A stretch of DNA of 64,000 bases from Chara braunii (Eukaryota > Plantae > Charophyceae). The position numbers and the translations under genes are program-made. The notes below the pieces were generated by a model. It was not told the origin of the DNA and did not search any database. It saw only the letters and a list, made by a program, of their open reading frames with translations. Each line of letters starts with the position of its first letter. Position 1 is the stretch's first letter. Shown one piece after another: positions 25,667 to 36,772 of the stretch. Where the stretch lies: NCBI GenBank assembly GCA_003427395.1, contig BFEA01000011.1, positions 3,975,366 to 4,039,365 on the forward strand, given 5' to 3'.

Positions 25667-25880
25667 CAGCGGCCTAGCTCAATTGGTTACACACGCAAGT
25701 GGCATTCAGGAGGTTGTGTGGTCAATCCCCATGGCCGCCTGTGGCACTCTTGGTGCCAACCAACTGAAATAGTCAGCTGGATCCTCCCAGTCGGTATCAG
25801 TAAGGTCTTCAGCCAACGCGGGTGTGAGTGCGCGTGTGAGTGGGTTGAGTGTGGTGTGTGCGAGAGTGTTGGCTTTAGAC
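25667..25880 (+). mobile_element. tRNA-derived SINE (TGGCAT anticodon-like loop)
   Basis: A-box TAGCTCAATTGG and a degenerate B-box. A homologous head lies at 49372-49447. Confidence 0.7.
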
Positions 25881-27251
25881 ACTACCATCCAGAAGGCTGC
25901 CTATCCCCCACTTCATAAGACCTTTGCCAAGCTTACTGTGTAGAACATAAATCATGCTACCCGAATGGCTGCGTCCCGTGTCAAACCCGGTATAACAGTA
26001 CCATATAAACAGTTCCGCCATGTGTGTGGCACTACCGAAACACTCCAAGGGCACATCTTCGTTTACCGGTCGAACCTGCGGCTGCCAAATGTCGGCACCC
26101 ACCATACGAAGGGACCTGGTTCTGCTCGTAGCAGCCACACGCATCACTTTCCACTCCAAAGTCGTGCCTTTACCATTTCAGTGGTGAAAGCTCGAACTTC
26201 GTTTGCGGTAACTCCCTCTCCGCATGCCTTCGCCGAGGCTGCCATGGGATTCCTACAGGCGGACAGACACCACAAAATGCCCAGCTGCACCGCGCGCTAC
26301 GCTACCTCGAAATCCCTTCGAATAAAAATAAAGGTAGTTACCTCTAAAAAGCTCGCAGCACCGCAGTCAAAACTGATGCCGGCCATAACAATTCAACCTC
26401 CGCGCGCGCGTACGCACCATTGTAATTGTACCTGACCAAAAGAAAAAATCTTATAATCCTAATTTGATAAAAAACAAGCAGGTGACCAGCAATTATGCCG
26501 CCTTCGTAATCATCAAAAGAGAAAATCACGTGCGCCTCAAAACTGCGCGCACACACACACCCTATTCTTCCTCTGACGCACAGTTGGTCACAAGGAGAAA
26601 AACTGGCCGCGGCTCTCGCGGCGTACCCAAATTTCCGAGTTGATTCCCACTCCTGTCTCTTGCAAAAACCAGGGCAGATACCCTTGTAACTTGTAAGGAT
26701 ATTCGCACCGACACTGCCACACAACAAGATGTTTTTTTCCCCCTCAGGTGGGGCCGAGACATCTCAGCCGTGGCCCCACCAGGCGACGGAAGAGAAAAAG
26801 AACAAGGAAAGAAAAGAAAAGGAAACTTAGGAGAGCTCAGGGGGGGGGGGGAAAACAAAAAAAGCCCGAAAAAGATAAAAAAGGGGCCATGTGACTGACT
26901 GAACAGCTACAAAAGGCCAGCCCGAGTTTCAACTGCATCTGAAACGCGGGCCCTGACTAAACTACTAAAACACAGTTTGAAATGCAATTACAAACTGTAA
27001 CCCTGGCTGCGCCATAGTTTCTCTTCTTTTTTTCTCCTCTTTCTTCCTTTCTGACTCTAAACCATCTGTGGCATTGGGCGACTTCACTGAGGTAGGTCAA
27101 AGCTGGGTCTTCAACCATCTGCAGCGTTGGGTGACTAGCAGTGCTGCGATCGAAGGCTCAGAACATTTTACAGTGGGAGGGTAACCAATATAATAAGAAA
27201 TAGTGTTCTCAAGATGTCTAAAACAGTTTTCCACATATTAGTTGTCATTAA

Positions 27252-27440
27252 ACCACTAGTACCTTTCCCGGCTATAGACACCGACCCTAAAATTGGCCTG
27301 CGCTTCGGAAAAAAAAGAACCACGTGGACCTCCTTTTGGCTGGCGCCACCAGCCATTTTGGTCCGGTACCGCGACCCCTCAAAATGTGGCCATGAAAGAG
27401 ACACATATTTGTTTTTCAAGCGGGGACAAGTACTGGCGGT
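27252..27440. mobile_element. TTAA-family MITE with a different interior; a further copy starts at 27445
   Basis: TTAA|ACCACTAGTAC...GTACTGGCGGT|TTAA|ACCACCAGTAC. Confidence 0.75.
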
Positions 27441-27637
27441 TTAAACCACCAGTACCTAGCGCTTGTTAAGGCCCGTGGCTCAGCCTACTGGTATCCCAAA
27501 CCTCCGAGCCTCGAGCTACCGGTAGGTAGACATCGGAAGAAAAAAAAGACAAAAAAAAAAATTGACACTCGTCTGCCAAAGAAAAAGAAATTGAAAAACA
27601 AAGACGCCCGTTTTGCACTTTCCATCTTTGGGTCGTG

Positions 27638-27691
<54 letters not shown>

Positions 27692-28120
27692 AAATATATT
27701 GCACTGCAAATTTAAACGAGAATGAATCTTCTGCCTCCTGTGTGGAAGATTCATTCTCATTTTGAGCATGAACAGCTGTTCTTATTCACTCTGGTGTTTT
27801 TCCTCTACTCCAGGACTGGTGGGAGGAGGATGTCATTGTGTAGACACACGTTCAGCATAAGGAGTCTCTTCCCCCGTTTTCCCCCGTTTGTGGATGCTAG
27901 AGCCTGCAAAGCTCCGAGTCTACTTCTGTAGAGCTCCCTCCCTCCCTAGGCTCCCTGCTGCCAGTATCTCTTGCAGGCTCCCCTGGTGGAAACAAAAAAC
28001 TTGCAAAGTTGCGATGAGCTCTACTTTTTTGTGTCATAGGGGATTCAATAGCATCCCGTCGACCTATAAGTAGTATAAAACATTCCTCAAGTTTTTGACA
28101 CAATCACAGTGACTTAGTAC

Positions 28121-28322
28121 CTGATGAATGGCTCCGCAAACGAGGTGAGCAGTTCTGCACAAGGTCGACCAGGATTACTTGTGTTCAGCACGCCGCCTGG
28201 CAGACAATTCTTTGTATTTGTCTTAAAGTTCCCGACACACTCGAACGATGTCGTCGATCCAGTGTAGGAGCACGCCAGCCTGCCCCGCCGTGTAGTGTTA
28301 AAATAGCAATCCTGCAAAGTGA
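28121..28322 (-). CDS. Exon 2 of the alpha2delta/CACHD1-like gene (Cys-rich extracellular segment)
   Basis: Acceptor ttttttgggtgcag| is phase 1 and matches exon 1. Encodes VTLQDCYFN...AEPFIR. Donor AG|GTACTA is phase 2. 202 nt. Confidence 0.75.
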
Positions 28323-29340
28323 CTGCACCCAAAAAAGATAGGCAAAACACAGTCCAGGGGCAAGCTCCTCCTGCCTAGCATGGGTACTGCATATCTGGCT
28401 GTCGTTGATCTCCTCAATCTACAGCCAGAAACACAGAATCCATGCTAGGTAGGAGGACCTTGGCCCTGGAATGCAAATCAAATGTGAGCAGTCAGTAAAA
28501 ACATAAAAAGTCCTTTTTGCTTATTCCAGAGGCAAAAAAGAAGGGCAAAGTCCCACTACCCTACAGTTTTTTTTTTTTTTTTGCTTGAAGAGAAGGTTGG
28601 AGCAGTTTTCTTTTCAAGCAGGTGTGCCACCCCCTGCCTTCCCCTCTGAAAATCCATGTCATGGTCAGTCATTCTCTGGCTACGCCAGTCGTGTGGTAGG
28701 ATAGGTGGGTTGCTGTAACAGTTGTAGGGATAGAGCAGTGGTGGTCCTGGTGGAGTCTGTGGAGAGCTGTGCACAGGCGGTGAGCCGGAGAGGCTGACCC
28801 GGCACAGCTCGGCGTCATGGTTGAGTGTATCACTCAGGTGTGTGCAAAATCGGACAGTTGTTTTAACCAGATTATGTAAGAGACTTCGACTTTCCCCATT
28901 TCTGCTTGGTCTCTGTCAGTCATGTGCATGGCCAGGTGATGGCCTTGGCTGCGAGGGTCGGATGTGTATCTGGTTTTGGTTTTGTGCTTGCGGAATGGTC
29001 CCTATAAGGAGACAAAACAAGTTGACTGAGTGTGTGAGCTAAGTTGAATAACTGGTCCGGGAGTGCATCTCACTCATTATACTCTGACACTCTTTCTCTT
29101 ACATATGAAATGACATTGTATGGATGATTGATCGAGTCCCACACTCGCATAATTTGATGACGTATGTCGGTGGGTGCATGTACGTGTGATCCCAGAGGGA
29201 TTAATAATCTTGCATGTCAAATTATCTTCGGCGCTTGCTACTTTACACTCTTCCTCTTGCACAAAAACTAGCACTGCAGGGGGTGTGTTATAAGGAAAAA
29301 AAAAAAAAAAAAAAAGGGATAACTGCTCCCGGGTCACACT

Positions 29341-29850
29341 TCAAGTTCAAAACGGCCAAAAAAACACTTAATGGTAACATCCTCGTCGTCCAAGTTCAAA
29401 ACGGCCAAAAAAACACTTAATGGCAACATCCTCGTCGTCCAAGTNNNNNNNNNNNNNNNNNNNNNNNNNNNNNNNNNNNNNNNNNNNNNNNNNNNNNNNN
29501 NNNNNNNNNNNNNNNNNNNNNNNNNNNNNNNNNNNNNNNNNNNNNNNNNNNNNNNNNNNNNNNNNNNNNNNNNNNNNNNNNNNNNNNNNNNNNNNNNNNN
29601 NNNNNNNNNNNNNNNNNNNNNNNNNNNNNNNNNNNNNNNNNNNNNNNNNNNNNNNNNNNNNNNNNNNNNNNNNNNNNNNNNNNNNNNNNNNNNGCCGAGA
29701 TGTCTCGGCCACACCCCAGATTGGCCACCGCCGAGATGTCTCGGCCACACCCCAGATTGGCCACGGCCGAGATGTCTCGGTCACACCCCAGATTGGCCAC
29801 CGCCGAGATGTCTCGGCCACACCCCAGATTGGCCATGGCCCAGATATATC
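29341..29850. repeat. Repeat of about 50 bp (29341-29444) and 36-bp tandem repeat (29694-29850) around a gap
   Basis: GCCGAGATGTCTCGGCCACACCCCAGATTGGCCAC x4. Confidence 0.9.
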
Positions 29851-29875
29851 GGCCAAACCCCGGCGTGGCCCGACC

Positions 29876-29912
<37 letters not shown>

Positions 29913-32235
29913 CGTTTCAGCCGCCGCGCGGCCATAACGACGGATTAAAAAAAAAAAAAAGACAAAAGTGCCTGTTTGGAACAGGCACCATGTGTATAAC
30001 GCGGGCCACTGTTATTATTGCCGTTTTGAACTAAGGTCGGGACGAACCTGCGGATGACTGTTTTTTTTGCCCATTCAAAACGTGGGTTGTGACCCACGAG
30101 CCGTTGCCCCAAAAAAGAATGGTATGTGCCATGTGGTGGTGGGGGTTTTGTGTCAGGATGAAGACTTCCCACCTAGATAGTGGACACACATATAAACTCA
30201 CCACCTACATTTCTACGTCTATGCAAGGTAATGGAAAAATGCCAATGTTTGAACTTCGAATTGGTCTGCCATAGCAGCCTTCCTGACTTCCCCACTGCAG
30301 CTGAAGATGCTATATACTCAGGCTGCCATGCGGATGTGAGGAGTGCGCTGTTGCAAGCTGATCTGATTCAAGTTCACTTCTATAAAGCTCGTCATTTTGG
30401 TGGGGATGGGTTTGTTCTGATTGATTGTTTGGACTCCCCTCACCGGAGTCACCGTCCTCAGGTAATCCTTCATGATTGTCTGGACTCCCCTCACCGCCCT
30501 CAGATAATCCCTCAGCACATGCCACATGGAACCACCGCTATAACTGTCGTTGGTGCAAAGCAGGGAACTCATGCTTGTGGCGATGATTGGCACTGCGACA
30601 TCAGGGCACACTGTGCTTTCTGAAAATCAATGCCTGTAATAGGAAAGCTTCTTTATCCCCATTCCCCCGCCTCCACCGCCCTCCGGTGACGACTGATCTG
30701 ATGGAGGCTACGCCAGCGGAATATCTCACCCCTTCTTTTTTAATTAGAACGTAGCGGAGCCCCTTTTTGTCTTCCAGGCCCGATGAACCTCCCTTCCCCT
30801 TCTTTTTCTTTGGCCAATCCCTGCCCCTTCTTTTTCTTTGGCCAATTGGTGACTGCCCATCAGCTGGTCCTTTCTCCTCCCCAATCTAGTGAAAGCCTTC
30901 CCTCCTATGCTCCTCAGAGGCCCTCGTATGCTCCCAAACTATCTCTTCTCTCCCTTCTAAACTATTTAGGTATCCTTTGCACCTCGGACTGATGCAAGAA
31001 ATTCCGGTCCTGTCTCGGATTTCAACCCCCTTGCCTAAAATCCCCGGCTGTGGCCCATACTCTTAATATAGTCGTAACCCACACGGGTATGAAATACTAA
31101 GAAATGCTGCATCGGGCGCGAGGTTGTGCAGCACAGGCCACTTGATACCCACATGTTCCATTTCTGATCATGACCATGATAGATGAATGGCCTGAAATAC
31201 TGTCCGTGCAACTCCAGCAAGTGAAGTGGCCTGAAATTATACTGTCCAGGCAACTCCAGAACAAGGTTCAAATGGCAACTTGAAGGTACAGAGAGCTGAG
31301 AGAGGGTTAGAATAGGGGGCCCAAAAGGTCCACATGTAGAGAAAAAACCTTCTCGGTGTCGAGTTTAGTTTATCGGGCCTAGCGTCCGGGTTACTATGCA
31401 TGTTTTTTTTTTTTGGGTTCCCCTCCTTTTCNNNNNNNNNNNNNNNNNNNNNNNNNNNNNNNNNNNNNNNNNNNNNNNNNNNNNNNNNNNNNNNNNNNNN
31501 NNNNNNNNNNNNNNNNNNNNNNNNNNNNNNNNNNNNNNNNNNNNNNNNNNNNNNNNNNNNNNNNNNNNNNNNNNNNNNNNNNNNNNNNNNNNNNNNNNNN
31601 NNNNNNNNNNNNNNNNNNNNNNNNNNNNNNNNNNNNNNNNNNNNNNNNNNNNNNNNNNNNNNNNNNNNNNNNNNNNNNNNNNNNNNNNNNNNNNNNNNNN
31701 NNNNNNNNNNNNNNNNNNNNNNNNNNNNNNNNNNNNNNNNNNNNNNNNNNNNNNNNNNNNNNNNNNNNNNNNNNNNNNNNNNNNNNNNNNNNNNNNNNNN
31801 NNNNNNNNNNNNNNNNNNNNNNNNNNNNNNNNNNNNNNNNNNNNNNNNNNNNNNNNNNNNNNNNNNNNNNNNNNNNNNNNNNNNNNNNNNNNNNNNNNNN
31901 NNNNNNNNNNNNNNNNNNNNNNNNNNNNNNNNNNNNNNNNNNNNNNNNNNNNNNNNNNNNNNNNNNNNNNNNNNNNNNNNNNNNNNNNNNNNNNNNNNNN
32001 NNNNNNNNNNNNNNNNNNNNNNNNNNNNNNNNNNNNNNNNNNNNNNNNNNNNNNNNNNNNNNNNNNNNNNNNNNNNNNNNNNNNNNNNNNNNNNNNNNNN
32101 NNNNNNNNNNNNNNNNNNNNNNNNNNNNNNNNNNNNNNNNNNNNNNNNNNNNNNNNNNNNNNNNNNNNNNNNNNNNNNNNNNNNNNNNNNNNNNNNNNNN
32201 NNNNNNNNNNNNNNNNNNNNNNNNNNNNNNNNNNN

Positions 32236-32503
32236 AGGAGACAGCTAGCTCAACGGAAAGTGGCGAGGGTAGGGGGAGTAGTATTCGAGAGAAAAGATTT
32301 ACTTCTGCTTTTTGTTGTAAGAAAAAGCAACAATAGTCTCTATTGCCTTTTTTATTAAAAACGGACGGCTAAAGGAGACAGCTAGCTCAACGGAAAGTGG
32401 CGAGGGTAGGGGGAGTAGTATTCGAGAGAAAGGATTTACTTCTGCTTTTTGTTGTAAGAAAAAGCAACGATAGTCTCTATTGCCTTTTTTATTAAAAACG
32501 GAC
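32236..32503. repeat. Tandem duplication of about 137 bp at a contig edge
   Basis: Two near-identical copies. Confidence 0.9.
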
Positions 32504-34552
32504 AACCGTTGTCGCGAACAGTCACACAGCGTCGAAAACCAACGTTGACCTAGCTCAACGGAGCTAGTGGGGACAACCAGTCCAGGGAACCGGGACATAG
32601 GAGTGACCAGCCCAGGGAACCGATGATAATACCTCAAGTCCAGGGAACCGGGACATTGTACAGACTCGATGGGACAACCAGTTTGTGCTCTTGGGGAAAA
32701 CTTCCAGACGACGGCCACCGTCGCCCTGTTGCCCCCAGGCTGAAGAAACGATTCGTGGTGCTATCCTTACGGCTCTTCGGAGGATGTTCCACCGTTTTTG
32801 CTACAGTGTGACCTTACGCGGCCTTTTTGGGACTAGTGGCGGCACTCCGATGTCCCGGTTCCACATATACAGACTCTATGGGACAACCAGTTTGTGCTCT
32901 TGGGGATAGCTTCCAGACAACAGCCACCGTCGCCCTGTCACCCCCGGGGAGGGGAGTTTTCGATGGACTGTGTACGACTGTGTACGGCTGCCTTGCCACT
33001 GGGAGCCTTCCCCACTTTGGCCTTTTCTGACTTCTTTTTGTGATAGTTTTGAATCTGTGATACTGACTGAATGTGAATCTAAGACCTTGTGTACATATGT
33101 TACCATATGTACGAATAGGTGGGTGGGGTGGAGTCTGGTGGGTGGGGTGGAGTGTAAGACGTTGTATATGGGTTGGTGACTGCAGTAAATAACTGGATGG
33201 TAGGAGTTTGGACAGTTACTAGATAGCAGAGGGTGGCTTTTACATGATTGTGGCCTTTTTCCATTGCATTGAAGTGTGGTTTGAGTAGCTGAGTGTTTGG
33301 ATATCATGCAGATAGGATAAGGTTGCTTCAGAATCTATAGGATGGTAGCTCTTTTTGTCCCTTCCGAACGCTTGGTTTTCCTTTTCTTTCATCTTCGCAA
33401 CATTGCGCCCTGTGGCGTGGGGGAGGCCGGGGTCTCAGCGGCTGGATGGCTGTGGTTGGGGATGGGACTGGCCGGGAGTGCCTTTCTCAGCTCCGTGCGC
33501 GGTCGCAGCATTCATGTGAGGGTCGCTGGGAGGGTCGCTGGGCTCGGTTCCCGGTTTTAATTGAGAAGTTTTTTTTCTTAAAAAAAAAAAGAGGACGAGA
33601 AAATAAATATTCTTGTTCGTAACACTACTATTTCTTTCACTATATTCCCAGCATCAATCCGCGGCCACACGGAATCGAGGAAAAAAATAAATAAATAAAA
33701 AATCGAGGTGATCTCGGCCATAACAGCCGGATGCCTTACCACTGCAACTGGGACGAAACTAAACAAACACTGGCTACTGGATGGGAACCCACCGACACAC
33801 ACACACACACACACACACACANNNNNNNNNNNNNNNNNNNNNNNNNNNNNNNNNNNNNNNNNNNNNNNNNNNNNNNNNNNNNNNNNNNNNNNNNNNNNNN
33901 NNNNNNNNNNNNNNNNNNNNNNNNNNNNNNNNNNNNNNNNNNNNNNNNNNNNNNNNNNNNNNNNNNNNNNNNNNNNNNNNNNNNNNNNNNNNNNNNNNNN
34001 NTTTGCAAATAATAATAATAATAAATAATAATAATATTAAATAATATTAATGATAAATAATATTAATAATACGGTTCGAGTTTGAAAGCAGTTTTTAGCA
34101 AGGAAGGAAGCTAAGCCTTGCACATAAATCAGAACTCTGAATGCAAAAAATAAAAAGTAAAAAAGGAATAACTCCCAATGCATTCGCAAGGGCGAAACGT
34201 TCTTCCCATGCCCTTCTCCGGCCTTGCTTGACAATTACAACTCCAAATATAAAAAAATATATTAAAAAAAAAGAACTGCCAATGCATTCGCAAGGGCGAT
34301 ATTCTCTGGGTTAAGCACATATTATTTTATAAAACACCAAAATCAGAAGAGGAAGAGGGCGAAGAAAATTGCAAATTTTTACACTAGTCGATGGCCTTGA
34401 GGTATTATCATCGGACTAACCAGCCCAGGTACTACTTTCGCAAAGAAGCCAGCAATTCTTTCTCATATACGATATCTCCTGTCCGAAAGGGAAGGGGGGG
34501 GAGGGGGGGGGGGGCGAATCCTGTCCCCAAGTACAATAGCATCAAACACCAG

Positions 34553-34765
34553 CTGGCCTAGCTCAGTTGGTACACTCAAGAACTGTTGAAATAAACACGC
34601 AAGTTCGAGAACCCAGAATCCAGATGCATTCAAATGAGTGAGAATAACCGTCTTCGAGTGAGGACGGTAGCTCAGTTGGTACACCCACGAACTATTGAAA
34701 TACAGACCCAGGTTCGAACCCAGATAAGATACAATCAAAAGTCATTGAGTGAGAATAACTGTTGT
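34553..34765 (+). mobile_element. Two tandem tRNA-like SINE heads (CTGTTGAAATACAG family)
   Basis: TAGCTCAGTTGGTAC...GGTTCGAACCC. Relatives at 46735-46830, 24385-24445(-), 23905-24040(-), and a split copy at 47910/50475. Confidence 0.7.
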
Positions 34766-34948
34766 AAATGAATCAACCTGGGGCCGGTCAATTCAAAGAT
34801 GATATCTAAATTCAGTTCTTTTTTCTTTTTTTTTTTTAATGTATCAAAGAGGAGGAAGGACAAGTGGGTGGAGCTCAGCTTGGAGGAGCTGGGCTGCGGA
34901 AGCACCCGTTACAGATGTCCATGAAACGTGACGCGAGAGACAGAGAGA

Positions 34949-35002
<54 letters not shown>

Positions 35003-35231
35003 CGCAGGCTTTTTCATCGTTCTCCTGCGCACAATTTGCTAGGTAGCGGACGCGCTTCTCGGCGCCGTCGATGAAACTCGACATATCGAGGCTCGAGCTG
35101 TTTAAGGGGGGTAAGGTTCCCGCCACACCAGCGGAGGTGTCTTGACCCTTCACTGCAGGTTCTCCGAGTAGCAAAGCAATCGCCAAAGCCAAAATACACG
35201 AAGCTGCCGCACCCATCGCCATGATCTTCAT
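35003..35231 (-). CDS. Exon 1 of an alpha2delta/CACHD1-like Cache-VWA protein (signal peptide)
   Basis: Reads MKIMAMGAAASCILALAIALLLGEPAVKGQ... (hydrophobic signal peptide) through ...AQENDEKAC. Ends G|GTAAGT (phase 1), 229 nt. The exact start Met is uncertain. Confidence 0.8.
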
Positions 35232-35386
35232 ATCTGAGTAGCCCAGTCGCCCACCGCTGTTCACACCTACCGGCACTTCGCAAGTTCGCAGCTCTTTGTC
35301 GCCAAACAACTAAAGGAATTAAGTGAATCGCCAATAGGCTGCAGTCTGGTTGTGGGAGAGTTTTTGTGCGCTGAAATCCCCACTGC

Positions 35387-35822
35387 CGTGCTAAGTGCGC
35401 GCAAAGTGCCTGCTTAGTGCGTGCTAAGTGCGTGCTAAGTGCGTGCTAAGTGAAACACTCTGGCAAGAACCAGACCAAGTCCGTGCTAAGTGCGTGCTAA
35501 GTGAAACACTCTGGCAACAACAAGACCTGGTGCGTGCTAAGTGCGTGCTAAGCGCGTGCTAAGTGCGTGCTAAGTGCGTGCTAAGTGCGCGCTAAGTGCG
35601 TGCTAAGTGCGTGCTAAGTGAAACACTCTGGCAACAACAAGACCTGGTGCGTGTTAAGTGCGTGCTAAGTGCGTGCTAAGTGAAACACTCTGGCAACAAC
35701 AAGACCTGCTGCGTGCTAAGTGCGTGCTTAGTGAAACACTCTGGCAACAACAAGACCTGCTGCGTGCTAAGTGCGTGCTGTAGGTGCGTGGTAAGTGAAA
35801 CACTCTGGCAAGAACGAGACCT
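35387..35822. repeat. Composite satellite: (GCGTGCTAAGT-type 10-mer)n interleaved with GAAACACTCTGGCAACAACAAGACCTG
   Basis: About six copies of the long unit are separated by variable numbers of 10-mers. Confidence 0.95.
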
Positions 35823-36622
35823 ATGCTATACCCACAGTGCAGGTGGGACAGGAAGAGTGATCAGATATTATATCGGATAAAATCTTATAGTGTGAATAGA
35901 ACCTTCGTGTGATGATGATGAGTGATTTTGATTTATTTAGTTATCGACTGTCAGTGATTGATTGTCACTGAAGGAGACTGCTATATGAGGGATCCCGATC
36001 TGCAGTAGAGCTTGTTGGTTCCCGCCCTGCCCTTGGGACCGAATGATCGGATCAGATGTGGACAAGGTGAGCGACAGGACTCGTTTTACTGCACTTGAGC
36101 GTTTTCAGCTGAATCTGACCCTGTAAGACGGAAACATTCATCCTCGGCAGTCCTCGATTTATTTCAGGTTATGCCTGTGATGATAACAAGAGATCGCAAT
36201 CAATCACAGCATGTCACTACGCTGAAGTTTCAGATGAAGATTACAAAGTCAATCATAGTGACTGCTGGAAATCACTGTAGGATGAAAAATGGTGGTGATG
36301 GTGGTAAACAGTGAAAATAAAAAATTCAAATTAAAAATGCTCGCGCTGATGTAGTGTGATGCTAGCAAGGGGACACAATTCACAGCAATAAATACTTCAA
36401 AAAAAAACAATGACTTGCAATAATTCGATAGTAAATAAATCGTTAATTTAATAAATTTAATACAAATAAAACTTAATACTAATAAATTTAATACAAATAA
36501 ATTTAATACAAATAAATTCAGTTAAAAATTAACACGATTCATATCGGAAAAATAAATATCATAATGGTGATGGAATTACAGCGCTTTGTTTCCAGACCTC
36601 GAAACGTCGTAATCCGTTGGTC

Positions 36623-36772
36623 GTGGGGGGAAAGAACAAAAAAAAGGGGGAATGAGTGTGTGGGGGGAAAGAACCAAAAAAAGGGGGAATGAGTGTGTGG
36701 GGGGAAAGAACAAAAAAAAGGGGGAATGAGTGTGTGGGGGGAAAGAACAAAAAAAAGGGGGAATGAGTGTGT
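36623..36772. repeat. G/A-rich minisatellite of about 37 bp, x4
   Basis: GGGGGGAAAGAACAAAAAAAAGGGGGAATGAGTGTGT. Confidence 0.95.

Larger units (their letters stand above)
16422..26713. mobile_element. LTR-retroelement-like insertion (TGTCG...CGACA) carrying further nested insertions, in intron 2
   Basis: Inverted TG...CA termini. Flanks ccgc/ctgc look like a 4-bp TSD with CpG decay. It splits the 16227-27014 foldback element. No intact pol is visible. Confidence 0.55.
16227..27014. mobile_element. TA-flanked foldback/MITE with about 135-bp TIRs, split by a 10.3-kb insertion
   Basis: 16227-16360 is the imperfect reverse complement of 26883-27014. The GGCCGAGACATCTCGGCC core is present on both sides of the insertion. 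Confidence 0.8.

Noticed and set aside
34663-34725. Functional tRNA genes (also 25667, 49372, 46735, about 12195-12262)
   Set aside because: A and B boxes are present, but acceptor stems and cloverleafs are broken and the copies are divergent, so they are treated as SINE heads.
35387-35822. CRISPR-like repeat/spacer appearance
   Set aside because: Both alternating units are themselves repeats, there are no unique spacers or cas genes, and the context is eukaryotic.
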